A stretch of 64,000 bases of DNA, from NCBI RefSeq assembly GCF_058153355.1, contig NZ_CM177019.1; one strand, 5' to 3'. Below are positions 19,652 to 28,269 of this stretch, piece by piece. The stretch's first letter is position 1. Every line of letters starts with the position of its first letter. The translations under genes and the position numbers were made by a program. The notes beneath the pieces were generated by a model. That model was given only the letters and a program-made list of their open reading frames with translations, was not told the origin of the DNA and did no database searches.

Positions 19652-20179
19652 ATGCAGCATTTGATAAATATAACGGCAGGTAATCCAAAAACGGTTGAAC
19701 AATATCAATTGACAAAGGACTTTGATGTTGTCTGGTTTTTTTCAGAAGATGGTAAGAACTGGTACGAAGAACAAAAGTATTTTGCTGATGACACGATAAA
19801 AATAGCGTACGACAAAGATAATATCATCCGCTATGTGGAAAAGGATGTGACAGCTATCAGACCGGATGGATTAAGTGTGGTTGAAGTGGCTGATATTACT
19901 GCTAATCGACGGGCGGACATTTCAGGGGGCTGGATGTTTAAGGACGGCAAAGTGATTAAACGCATTTATACGGCAGAGGAATTGCAGAAGCAGACAGAAA
20001 ATCGGAAAGCCAGACTTCTTGCAGATGCTGAATCCGTGATTTTGCCGCTGGAGCGCGCTGTCAGGCTGAATATGGCAACAGATGAGGAGCGTAGCCGACT
20101 GGAAGCATGGGAACGCTACAGTGTTCTGGTCAGCCGTGTGGATCCTGCAAATCCTGAATGGCCGGAAATGCCGCAATAA
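19652..20179 (+). CDS. G: Tail fiber assembly chaperone gpG
   Basis: 175 aa, AT-rich like the H distal domain; P2 position. Confidence 0.75.
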   Translation: MQHLINITAGNPKTVEQYQLTKDFDVVWFFSEDGKNWYEEQKYFADDTIKIAYDKDNIIRYVEKDVTAIRPDGLSVVEVADITANRRADISGGWMFKDGKVIKRIYTAEELQKQTENRKARLLADAESVILPLERAVRLNMATDEERSRLEAWERYSVLVSRVDPANPEWPEMPQ

Positions 20180-20459
20180 GTGATATGATCTCTTGTGTTA
20201 GTTAACATAGCTATAGTACAGAGTAAGGCCTAATCTGACAGTCCGCTCTGTGCTAGGAGCGGACATTATCAACATCATGCTATGTTAATGTATAAAGTGA
20301 AGATAAATTGATATAATAAGGCCACCATGAATATTTCAGAACCTTGTCAAAAGGTTTGCACATACTCTAGTCTTGCAATGTGTAGTTGATAGTTCCACTG
20401 AGGAGGTTCTTCGACATTCTTTATAAAAATGTACATTTTCATCAATAATAAGAGGTAAA

Positions 20460-20501
20460 ATGGCTTTAATAGTTTTTTGTGGATGTTATTTCTACTCATA
20501 A
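20460..20501 (+). CDS. 13-codon mini-ORF (MALIVFCGCYFYS) with strong SD, candidate leader peptide or small hydrophobic protein
   Basis: taagaggtaaa-ATG context; ends 67 nt upstream of the HEPN-like ORF. Very short, so speculative. Confidence 0.25.
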   Translation: MALIVFCGCYFYS

Positions 20502-20568
20502 ATTTTGAGATAAGTATTGAGTTGAGATAAAGTTAAACTCGTTAAATTCACTTTTAAAAGGATAAAGC

Positions 20569-21096
20569 ATGGACTGGAAAGATCTTGCATCAACCGCTGT
20601 GTATACAGGTATGACTGATGAAAATGAAAGCATATGGGAACGTGTTGATGGGGTTGACGTTGCCTTCATAGGTGCCTTTCTTACTGCGCACTTGAGCCTT
20701 GAAAAGTATATTACTGATTATCTTGGATTAAGATATCCTTCGTTAGCTTGGGGTGATGCAAAACTCACATTTTCACAAAAAATAGCTTTAATACAACATG
20801 AGCCTGCAAAATCCCCTTATGATGAAATATATTTAAGAATAAAAGACTTTAACAGCATAAGAAATAAAATCAGTCATCAATTGAATTATCAGATTACGGA
20901 TAAAGAAAAAAGTAAGTTTGTGGACTTCTACATGAAGATTACTAAAGCCAGTAAAACTAAACCAAATATTGATATTGATAACATGGCAGATTTGTTGGAT
21001 TTTTTCGTATCGATGACAAAATCCTATTTTGCTAGTGCTATTTCTTATTATCACTATAATAAAAAGGTTGCAGGTAAAAGTAATAAAATTGATTAA
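20569..21096 (+). CDS. Hypothetical protein with HEPN-like Rx4H motif; candidate single-gene anti-phage or abortive-infection cargo at the Z/fun hotspot
   Basis: 175 aa, strongly AT-rich, between G and FI. R98-N-K-I-S-H103 (nt 20860-20877) fits the Rx4-6H motif of HEPN RNase domains. SD aaaaggataaagc-ATG. Confidence 0.5.
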   Translation: MDWKDLASTAVYTGMTDENESIWERVDGVDVAFIGAFLTAHLSLEKYITDYLGLRYPSLAWGDAKLTFSQKIALIQHEPAKSPYDEIYLRIKDFNSIRNKISHQLNYQITDKEKSKFVDFYMKITKASKTKPNIDIDNMADLLDFFVSMTKSYFASAISYYHYNKKVAGKSNKID

Positions 21097-21271
21097 TAAA
21101 ACTGGACTTAGGGATAATTAATATATAGACGTTCTATCATTTTTAGAGTGTGCGGCAGCTCCATACATTCATGCGGATGTCAGCACCTCGCTCAAAGCAG
21201 ACAGTCAGATTTGATAGCGTTTGGACTATGTAAATAGTCAGTTGGAAAATGAGTGAGTACAAATCAGGACA

Positions 21272-21296
21272 GGCGGGCGAATTGCCCGCCTTTTCT
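21272..21296 (+). terminator. Rho-independent terminator at the end of the Z/fun cargo region
   Basis: ggcgggc-gaatt-gcccgcc hairpin followed by ttttctttat. Confidence 0.5.
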
Positions 21297-21394
21297 TTAT
21301 CTGTTGTTTCATCCACTGACCAGCCAGGTCAAATAGCGCCTCATACTCTGCACAACAGAAAATAATTGCACCCATTAACCACGGAGTTAAACGG

Positions 21395-22585
21395 ATGAGT
21401 GACTATCATCACGGCGTGCAGGTGCTGGAGATTAACGAGGGCACCCGCGTCATTTCCACTGTATCCACGGCCATTGTCGGCATGGTCTGCACGGCCAGCG
21501 ATGCGGATGCGGAAACCTTCCCCCTCAATAAACCTGTGCTGATTACCAATGTGCAGACCGCAATTGCAAAGGCCGGTAAAAAAGGCACGCTGGCGGCATC
21601 GTTGCAGGCCATCGCCGACCAGTCAAAACCGGTCACCGTTGTCGTGCGTGTGGAAGACGGCACCGGCGACGACGAGGAAACGAAACTCGCGCAGACCGTT
21701 TCCAATATCATCGGCACCACTGACGAAAACGGTCAGTACACCGGACTGAAAGCCCTGCTGGCCGCAGAGTCGGTAACCGGTGTTAAACCGCGTATTCTCG
21801 GTGTGCCGGGACTGGACACCAAAGAGGTGGCTGTTGCACTGGCATCAGTCTGTCAGAAGCTGCGCGCTTTCGGGTATATCAGCGCATGGGGCTGTAAAAC
21901 CATTTCCGAGGTGAAAGCCTACCGCCAGAATTTCAGCCAGCGTGAGCTGATGGTCATCTGGCCGGATTTCCTCGCATGGGATACGGTCGCCAGTACCACC
22001 GCCACCGCGTATGCCACCGCCCGTGCACTGGGCCTGCGCGCTAAAATCGACCAGGAGCAGGGCTGGCATAAAACGCTGTCCAACGTCGGGGTGAACGGTG
22101 TTACCGGCATCAGCGCGTCCGTATTCTGGGATTTGCAGGAGTCCGGCACCGATGCTGACCTGCTTAACGAGTCAGGCATCACAACGCTGATTCGCCGTGA
22201 CGGTTTCCGCTTCTGGGGTAACCGTACATGCTCTGATGACCCGCTGTTCCTCTTTGAAAACTACACCCGCACCGCGCAGGTGCTGGCCGACACGATGGCT
22301 GAGGCGCACATGTGGGCGGTGGACAAGCCCATCACCGCAACGCTGATTCGCGACATCGTTGACGGCATCAATGCCAAATTCCGTGAGCTGAAAACAAACG
22401 GCTATATCGTGGATGCGACCTGCTGGTTCAGCGAAGAATCCAACGATGCGGAAACCCTCAAGGCCGGAAAACTGTATATCGACTACGACTATACCCCGGT
22501 GCCTCCTCTTGAAAACCTGACCCTGCGCCAGCGTATTACCGATAAATACCTGGCAAATCTGGTCACCTCGGTTAACAGCAATTAA
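21395..22585 (+). CDS. FI: Tail sheath protein gpFI
   Basis: 396 aa; P2 size and position. Confidence 0.9.
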   Translation: MSDYHHGVQVLEINEGTRVISTVSTAIVGMVCTASDADAETFPLNKPVLITNVQTAIAKAGKKGTLAASLQAIADQSKPVTVVVRVEDGTGDDEETKLAQTVSNIIGTTDENGQYTGLKALLAAESVTGVKPRILGVPGLDTKEVAVALASVCQKLRAFGYISAWGCKTISEVKAYRQNFSQRELMVIWPDFLAWDTVASTTATAYATARALGLRAKIDQEQGWHKTLSNVGVNGVTGISASVFWDLQESGTDADLLNESGITTLIRRDGFRFWGNRTCSDDPLFLFENYTRTAQVLADTMAEAHMWAVDKPITATLIRDIVDGINAKFRELKTNGYIVDATCWFSEESNDAETLKAGKLYIDYDYTPVPPLENLTLRQRITDKYLANLVTSVNSN

Positions 22586-22597
22586 GGAGCCTGACCG

Positions 22598-23116
22598 ATG
22601 GCAATGCCGCGCAAACTCAAGTTAATGAACGTCTTTCTGAACGGCTACAGCTATCAGGGCGTTGCAAAGTCCGTCACGCTGCCAAAACTGACCCGTAAGC
22701 TCGAAAACTATCGCGGTGCGGGGATGAACGGCAGCGCACCGGTAGACCTCGGCCTTGATGACGATGCTCTGTCAATGGAGTGGTCGCTCGGTGGATTCCC
22801 GGATTCGGTTATCTGGGAGCTTTACGCTGCAACCAGTGCTGATGCCGTACCGATTCGTTTTGCAGGCTCTTACCAGCGCGACGATACCGGCGAAACGGTG
22901 GCCGTCGAAGTGGTCATGCGTGGACGTCAGAAAGAAATCGACACCGGCGAGGGTAAACAGGGAGAAGACACCGAGTCGAAAATCTCCGTGGTCTGCACCT
23001 ATTTCCGGCTGACGATGGACGGTAAGGAGCTGGTCGAAATCGACACCATCAACATGATTGAGAAGGTGAACGGCGTCGACCGGCTGGAGCAACACCGCCG
23101 CAATATCGGCCTGTAA
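22598..23116 (+). CDS. FII: Tail tube protein gpFII
   Basis: 172 aa; P2 size and position. Confidence 0.9.
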   Translation: MAMPRKLKLMNVFLNGYSYQGVAKSVTLPKLTRKLENYRGAGMNGSAPVDLGLDDDALSMEWSLGGFPDSVIWELYAATSADAVPIRFAGSYQRDDTGETVAVEVVMRGRQKEIDTGEGKQGEDTESKISVVCTYFRLTMDGKELVEIDTINMIEKVNGVDRLEQHRRNIGL

Positions 23117-23172
23117 TTTTCATCCGGTCAGCCAGGCTGACCGGTTAACCCCGATTCAGAAGTGAGGAAACC

Positions 23173-23448
23173 ATGAACAAAGAAAATGTCATTACCCTGG
23201 ACAATCCGGTCAAACGTGGTGAGCAGGTTATCGAACAGGTCACGCTGATGAAACCCAGTGCGGGGACGCTGCGCGGTGTCAGCCTGGCAGCGGTCGCGAA
23301 CTCCGAAGTCGATGCACTGATTAAGGTGCTGCCGCGCATGACGGCACCGATGCTGACCGAGCAGGAAGTCGCCGCGCTGGAACTGCCTGACCTTGTGGCG
23401 CTGGCCGGTAAGGTGGTCGGTTTTTTGTCGCCGAACTCGGTGCAGTGA
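23173..23448 (+). CDS. E: Tail assembly chaperone gpE (in-frame product)
   Basis: 91 aa; slippery run near the 3' end. Confidence 0.8.
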   Translation: MNKENVITLDNPVKRGEQVIEQVTLMKPSAGTLRGVSLAAVANSEVDALIKVLPRMTAPMLTEQEVAALELPDLVALAGKVVGFLSPNSVQ

Positions 23449-23600
23449 CGTTTCCAAAAAATCTCTCGGTCGATGACCTGATGGCGGATGTGGCAGTGAT
23501 ATTTCACTGGCCGCCATCAGAACTGTATCCCATGAGCCTGACCGAACTCATCACATGGCGCGAAAAGGCGCTCCGGCGAAGCGGAAACACGAATGAGTAA
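23173..23600 (+). CDS. E': gpE+E' extended product via -1 programmed frameshift at T6G
   Basis: Hand translation of the -1 frame from the ttttttg run gives ...FVAELGAVTFPKN...ELYPMSLTELITWREKALRRSGNTNE, stop at 23598-23600, overlapping the T start. Confidence 0.7.
23421..23427 (+). promoter_or_regulatory. -1 programmed ribosomal frameshift slippery site (TTTTTTG)
   Basis: ttttttg run in E, 21 nt before the E stop, with an open -1 frame downstream; the conserved G-T chaperone-type frameshift of tailed phages. Confidence 0.7.
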
Positions 23601-26040
23601 CAATGTAAAATTACAGGTATTGCTCAGGGCTGTTGACCAGGCATCCCGCCCGTTTAAATCCATCCGTACAGCGAGTAAGTCGCTGTCGGGGGAGATCCGG
23701 GAAACACAAAAATCACTGCGCGAGCTGAACGGTCACGCATCCCGTATTGAGGGATTCCGCAAGACCAGTGCACAGCTTGCCGTGACTGGTCATGCACTTG
23801 AAAAGGCACGGCAGGAAGCCGAAGCCCTTGCCACACAGTTTAAAAACACCGAACGTCCGACCCGTGCTCAGGCGAAAGTGCTGGAATCCGCAAAGCGTGC
23901 GGCGGAGGACTTACAGGCGAAATATAACCGCCTGACGGATTCCGTTAAACGCCAGCAGCGGGAACTGGCCGCTGTGGGAATTAATACCCGCAATCTTGCA
24001 CATGATGAGCAGGGACTGAAAAACCGTATCAGTGAAACCACCGCACAGCTTAACCGTCAGCGTGACGCGCTGGCGCGTGTCAGTGCGCAACAGGCCAAAC
24101 TTAACGCAGTCAAACAGCGTTATCAGGCCGGAAAAGAACTGGCAGGAAATATGGCCTCAGTGGGCGCTGCCGGTGTGGGGATTGCTGCTGCGGGAACGAT
24201 GGCCGGAGTTAAGTTGCTGATGCCCGGTTATGAGTTTGCGCAGAAAAACTCAGAATTGCAGGCCGTGCTAGGTGTGGCAAAAGACTCCGCCGAAATGACC
24301 GTACTACGCAAACAGGCGCGCCAGCTCGGCGACAATACCGCCGCCTCGGCGGATGATGCGGCCGGTGCACAGATAATCATCGCGAAAGCGGGTGGGGATG
24401 TTGATGCCATTCAGGCGACAACGCCGGTCACGCTGAATATGGCGCTGGCGAACCGCCGCACGATGGAAGAAAACGCCGCCCTGCTGATGGGGATGAAATC
24501 CGCCTTTCAGCTTTCAAACGATAAGGTCGCTCATATCGGGGATGTTCTCTCCATGACGATGAACAAAACCGCCGCTGATTTTGACGGCATGAGTGATGCG
24601 CTGACCTATGCCGCACCAGTGGCAAAAAATGCCGGTGTCAGCATTGAAGAAACCGCCGCAATGGTCGGGGCGCTGCATGATGCAAAAATCACAGGCTCAA
24701 TGGCGGGGACGGGAAGCCGTGCCGTGTTAAGTCGCCTGCAGGCACCGACTGGAAAAGCATGGGATGCACTCAAAGAGCTTGGCGTGAAAACCTCAGACAG
24801 TAAGGGAAACACCCGACCAGTATTTACCATTCTGAAAGAAATGCAGGCCAGCTTTGAGAAAAACCGGCTCGGTACTGCCCAGCAGGCCGAATACATGAAA
24901 ACCATTTTCGGGGAGGAGGCCAGCTCAGCCGCCGCTGTGCTGATGACTGCCGCGTCAACCGGAAAGCTGGACAAACTGACCGCTGCGTTTAAAGCCTCAG
25001 ACGGGAAGACCGCAGAGCTGGTAAATATCATGCAGGACAACCTCGGCGGTGACTTTAAGGAGTTTCAGTCCGCTTATGAGGCGGTGGGGACAGACCTGTT
25101 TGACCAGCAGGAAGGCGCACTGCGTAAGCTCACGCAGACGGCCACAAACTATGTGTTAAAACTCGACGGCTGGATCCAGAAAAACAAATCACTGGCGTCA
25201 ACCATCGGCCTCATTGTCGGTGGTGCACTGGCGCTGACTGCTGTCATCGGTGTCATTGGCCTCGTAGCCTGGCCGGTTATCACCGGCATCAATGCCATCA
25301 TCGCGGCAGCAGGCGCAATGGGGGCAATCTTCACGACGGTTGGTAGTGCCGTTATGACGGCCATCGGGGCGATTAGCTGGCCGGTTGTGGCTGTGGTGGC
25401 TGCCATTGTCGCCGGGGCGTTGCTTATCCGTAAATACTGGGAGCCTGTCAGCGCATTCTTTGGCGGTGTGGTTGAAGGGCTGAAAGCGGCATTTGCGCCG
25501 GTGGGGGAACTGTTCACGCCACTGAAGCCGGTGTTTGACTGGCTGGGCGAAAAGTTACAGGCCGCGTGGCAGTGGTTTAAAAACCTGATTGCCCCGGTTA
25601 AAGCCACACAGGACACCCTGAACCGTTGCCGTGATACGGGTGTCATGTTCGGGCAGGCACTGGCTGACGCGCTGATGCTGCCGCTTAATGTGTTTAACAA
25701 ACTGCGCAGCGGTATTGACTGGGTACTGGAAAAACTCGGCGTCATCAACAAAGAGTCTGACGCACTTGACCAGACTGCCGCCAGAACTCATGCCGCCACG
25801 TATGGCACAGGTGATTATATTCCGGCGACCAGCTCTTATGCGGGGTATCAGGCTTACCAGCCGGTCACGGCACCGGCTGGCCGCTCTTATGTGGACCAGA
25901 GTAAAAACGAATATCACATCAACCTGACGGGCGGTACTGCGCCGGGGACACAGCTTGACCGCCAGTTACAGGATGCGCTCGAAAAATACGAGCGGGATAA
26001 ACGTGCGCGCGCCCGTGCCAGCATGATGCATGACGGTTAA
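23593..26040 (+). CDS. T: Tail tape measure protein gpT
   Basis: 815 aa, coiled-coil N-terminal half and Gly/Ala-rich hydrophobic stretch; P2 position. Confidence 0.85.
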   Translation: MSNNVKLQVLLRAVDQASRPFKSIRTASKSLSGEIRETQKSLRELNGHASRIEGFRKTSAQLAVTGHALEKARQEAEALATQFKNTERPTRAQAKVLESAKRAAEDLQAKYNRLTDSVKRQQRELAAVGINTRNLAHDEQGLKNRISETTAQLNRQRDALARVSAQQAKLNAVKQRYQAGKELAGNMASVGAAGVGIAAAGTMAGVKLLMPGYEFAQKNSELQAVLGVAKDSAEMTVLRKQARQLGDNTAASADDAAGAQIIIAKAGGDVDAIQATTPVTLNMALANRRTMEENAALLMGMKSAFQLSNDKVAHIGDVLSMTMNKTAADFDGMSDALTYAAPVAKNAGVSIEETAAMVGALHDAKITGSMAGTGSRAVLSRLQAPTGKAWDALKELGVKTSDSKGNTRPVFTILKEMQASFEKNRLGTAQQAEYMKTIFGEEASSAAAVLMTAASTGKLDKLTAAFKASDGKTAELVNIMQDNLGGDFKEFQSAYEAVGTDLFDQQEGALRKLTQTATNYVLKLDGWIQKNKSLASTIGLIVGGALALTAVIGVIGLVAWPVITGINAIIAAAGAMGAIFTTVGSAVMTAIGAISWPVVAVVAAIVAGALLIRKYWEPVSAFFGGVVEGLKAAFAPVGELFTPLKPVFDWLGEKLQAAWQWFKNLIAPVKATQDTLNRCRDTGVMFGQALADALMLPLNVFNKLRSGIDWVLEKLGVINKESDALDQTAARTHAATYGTGDYIPATSSYAGYQAYQPVTAPAGRSYVDQSKNEYHINLTGGTAPGTQLDRQLQDALEKYERDKRARARASMMHDG

Positions 26041-26054
26041 GGAGGTGACGAAAA

Positions 26055-26534
26055 ATGATGCTCGCGTTAGGTATGTTTGTTTTTATGCGCCAGACGCTGC
26101 CACACCAGACCATGCAGCGTGAATCAGATTATCGCTGGCCGTCAAATTCCCGTATCGGCAAACGGGATGCCTTTCAGTTTCTCGGTGTGGGTGAGGAAAA
26201 CATTACGCTTGCCGGTGTGCTTTATCCCGAACTGACCGGCGGGAAGCTGACGATGACCACGCTCAGGCTGATGGCAGAGGAAGGCCGGGCGTGGCCGTTG
26301 CTGGATGGCTCCGGCATGATTTATGGCATGTATGTCATCAGCAGGGTGAATGAAACAGGGAGTATTTTCTTTGCAGACGGCACACCCCGGAAAATTGATT
26401 TTACGCTGTCGCTCACCCGCGTTGATGAATCACTGGCCGCGCTTTATGGCGATATCGGTAAACAGGCGGAGTCGCTCATCGGTAAGGCCGGCAGTCTGGC
26501 GACCAGATTCACAGGTATGACGGGGGCGGGATAA
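26055..26534 (+). CDS. U: Tail protein gpU
   Basis: 159 aa; P2 position. Confidence 0.8.
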   Translation: MMLALGMFVFMRQTLPHQTMQRESDYRWPSNSRIGKRDAFQFLGVGEENITLAGVLYPELTGGKLTMTTLRLMAEEGRAWPLLDGSGMIYGMYVISRVNETGSIFFADGTPRKIDFTLSLTRVDESLAALYGDIGKQAESLIGKAGSLATRFTGMTGAG

Positions 26535-27697
26535 TGCTGGATGCGCTGACATTTGATGCAGGCAGTACGCTGACGCCGGATTACATGCTGATGCTCGACA
26601 GCAGGGATATTACCGGCAATATCAGCGACCGTCTGATGAGCATGACCCTGACGGATAACCGGGGCTTTGAGGCTGACCAGCTTGATATTGAACTGAACGA
26701 TGCCGACGGGCAGGTCGGGCTGCCGGTTCGTGGCGCTGTCCTGACGGTGTATATCGGCTGGAAAGGTTTTGCCCTGGTATGCAAAGGAAAATTCACCGTT
26801 GATGAGGTAGAACACAGGGGCGCGCCGGATGTGGTCACCATCCGTGCCCGGAGTGCAGATTTTCGCGGGACGCTCAATTCCCGCCGGGAAGGCTCCTGGC
26901 ATGACACCACGCTCGGTGCGATTGTTGAAGCGATAGCCTCCCGTAACAGGCTGGAAGCCAGTGTCGCGCCGTCACTGGCAGGAATTAAAATCCCGCACAT
27001 CGACCAGTCGCAGGAGTCTGATGCGAAATTCCTGACCCGTCTTGCAGAACGCAACGGCGGTGAGGTGTCGGTAAAAATGGGAAAACTGTTGTTTCTCAAA
27101 GCGGGGCAGGGGGTGACGTCCAGCGGTAAAAAAATCCCGCAGATTACCATCACCCGCAGCGACGGCGACCGTCATCATTTTGCGATTGCTGACCGTGGAG
27201 CCTATACCGGCGTAACGGCAAAGTGGTTACACACCAAAGACCCGAAGCCGCAAAAGCAGAAGGTAAAACTGAAACGCAAAAAGAAAGAGAAACACCTGCG
27301 CGCACTGGAGCACCCGAAAGCGAAACCAGTCACGCAGAAGAAAGCGCCAAAAGTACCGGAAGCGCGCGAAGGTGAATACATGGCCGGTGAGGCTGACAAC
27401 GTTTTTGCACTGACCACGGTATATGCCACGAAAGCACAGGCCATGCGCGCCGCTCAGGCGAAGTGGGATAAACTGCAACGGGGCGTTGCGGAGTTCTCCA
27501 TCAGCCTGGCTACTGGTCGGGCAGATATTTACACGGAAACACCGGTCAAAGTGTCTGGCTTTAAGCGCGTCATAGACGAGCAGGACTGGACAATCACTAA
27601 GGTGACACACTTTCTGAATAATAGTGGCTTCACGACGTCCTTAGAACTTGAGGTAAGGCTTTCTGATGTGGAGTACGAAACAGAAGATGATGAGTGA
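26534..27697 (+). CDS. D: Late tail protein gpD
   Basis: 387 aa; P2 position (K-12 keeps a remnant of this gene as yegZ). Confidence 0.85.
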   Translation: MLDALTFDAGSTLTPDYMLMLDSRDITGNISDRLMSMTLTDNRGFEADQLDIELNDADGQVGLPVRGAVLTVYIGWKGFALVCKGKFTVDEVEHRGAPDVVTIRARSADFRGTLNSRREGSWHDTTLGAIVEAIASRNRLEASVAPSLAGIKIPHIDQSQESDAKFLTRLAERNGGEVSVKMGKLLFLKAGQGVTSSGKKIPQITITRSDGDRHHFAIADRGAYTGVTAKWLHTKDPKPQKQKVKLKRKKKEKHLRALEHPKAKPVTQKKAPKVPEAREGEYMAGEADNVFALTTVYATKAQAMRAAQAKWDKLQRGVAEFSISLATGRADIYTETPVKVSGFKRVIDEQDWTITKVTHFLNNSGFTTSLELEVRLSDVEYETEDDE

Positions 27698-27778
27698 TAT
27701 CTTTTATTTATCTGTTTGTTTTATAAGGATAAATTAACTAAAATGACACCATCAACAAAACCGGAAGAGGTGCTCGCG

Positions 27779-27997
27779 ATGTTTCATTGTCCTTTATGCC
27801 AGCATGCCGCACATGCGCGTACAAGTCGCTATATCACTGACACGACAAAAGAGCGTTATCACCAGTGCCAGAACGTGAATTGCAGCGCCACGTTCATCAC
27901 TTATGAGTCGGTACAGCGATACATCGTGAAGCCGGGAGAAGTCCACGCCGTAAGGCCGCACCCGTTGCCGTCAGGGCAGCAAATTATGTGGATGTAA
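27779..27997 (+). CDS. ogr: Late-gene transcriptional activator Ogr (zinc finger)
   Basis: 72 aa from MFHCPLCQHAAHARTSRY (track ORF starts at 27716); CxxC...CxxxxC zinc-binding pattern. Confidence 0.85.
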   Translation: MFHCPLCQHAAHARTSRYITDTTKERYHQCQNVNCSATFITYESVQRYIVKPGEVHAVRPHPLPSGQQIMWM

Positions 27998-28008
27998 TTA
28001 CATACAGG

Positions 28009-28034
28009 AAGCCCCTCAGTCGAGGGGCTTTTTT
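28009..28034 (+). terminator. Rho-independent terminator after ogr
   Basis: gcccctc-agtc-gaggggc hairpin followed by tttttt. Confidence 0.6.
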
Positions 28035-28098
28035 GTCGATGTGGTCAATGTGTGGACGTGACCAGAAATAAATCCTTTTATTTCATTGTATTACGCGT

Positions 28099-28125
28099 AA
28101 AAAATAAGCCCGTGTAAGGGAGATT
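28099..28125. other. attR: Prophage attR core (P2 att core sequence)
   Basis: aaaaaataagcccgtgtaagggagatt matches the P2 att core as I recall it; coincides with the cyaR terminator. Confidence 0.6.
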
Positions 28126-28185
28126 ACACAGGCTAAGGAGGTGGTTCCTGGTACAGCTAGCATTTTATGGGTTATGTTTTTCAGC
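28099..28185 (-). ncRNA. cyaR: Hfq-dependent sRNA CyaR (RyeE)
   Basis: Minus-strand sequence gctgaaaaacataacccataaaatgctagctgtaccaggaaccacctccttagcctgtgtaatctcccttacacgggcttatttttt matches CyaR from memory, with terminator hairpin and U-run; downstream of yegQ as in K-12. Confidence 0.8.
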
Positions 28186-28219
28186 GAAACGGATGATAAC
28201 CTTAATAAATGCAGCTGTA

Positions 28220-28235
28220 TGTGATCGGTTTCTAA
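28220..28235 (-). promoter_or_regulatory. Putative CRP site of the cyaR promoter (class II position)
   Basis: TGTGA-N6-TCTAA centred about 42 nt upstream of the inferred CyaR 5' end; CyaR is known to be CRP-activated. Confidence 0.4.
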
Positions 28236-28269
28236 GAATTTTCCATCCGGGAAAAATAATCGAAATTAA

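Larger units (their letters stand above)
1..28125. mobile_element. P2-like (Peduovirus-type) prophage, right-hand ~28 kb ending at attR; left end with int/C/cox/B/attL is outside the window
   Basis: Canonical P2 gene order and protein sizes (A; cos; Q,P; O,N,M,L,X; Y,K,lysA,lysB,lysC; R,S,V,W,J,I,H,G; FI,FII,E/E',T,U,D; ogr) followed by P2 att core inside cyaR. Confidence 0.9.

Noticed and set aside
24606-25751. Several minus-strand ORFs (144 aa, 200 aa, 120 aa) inside tape-measure gene T
   Set aside because: Antisense to a long, well-supported GC-rich structural gene; Ala/Ser/Pro-rich low-complexity translations typical of spurious reverse-frame ORFs.
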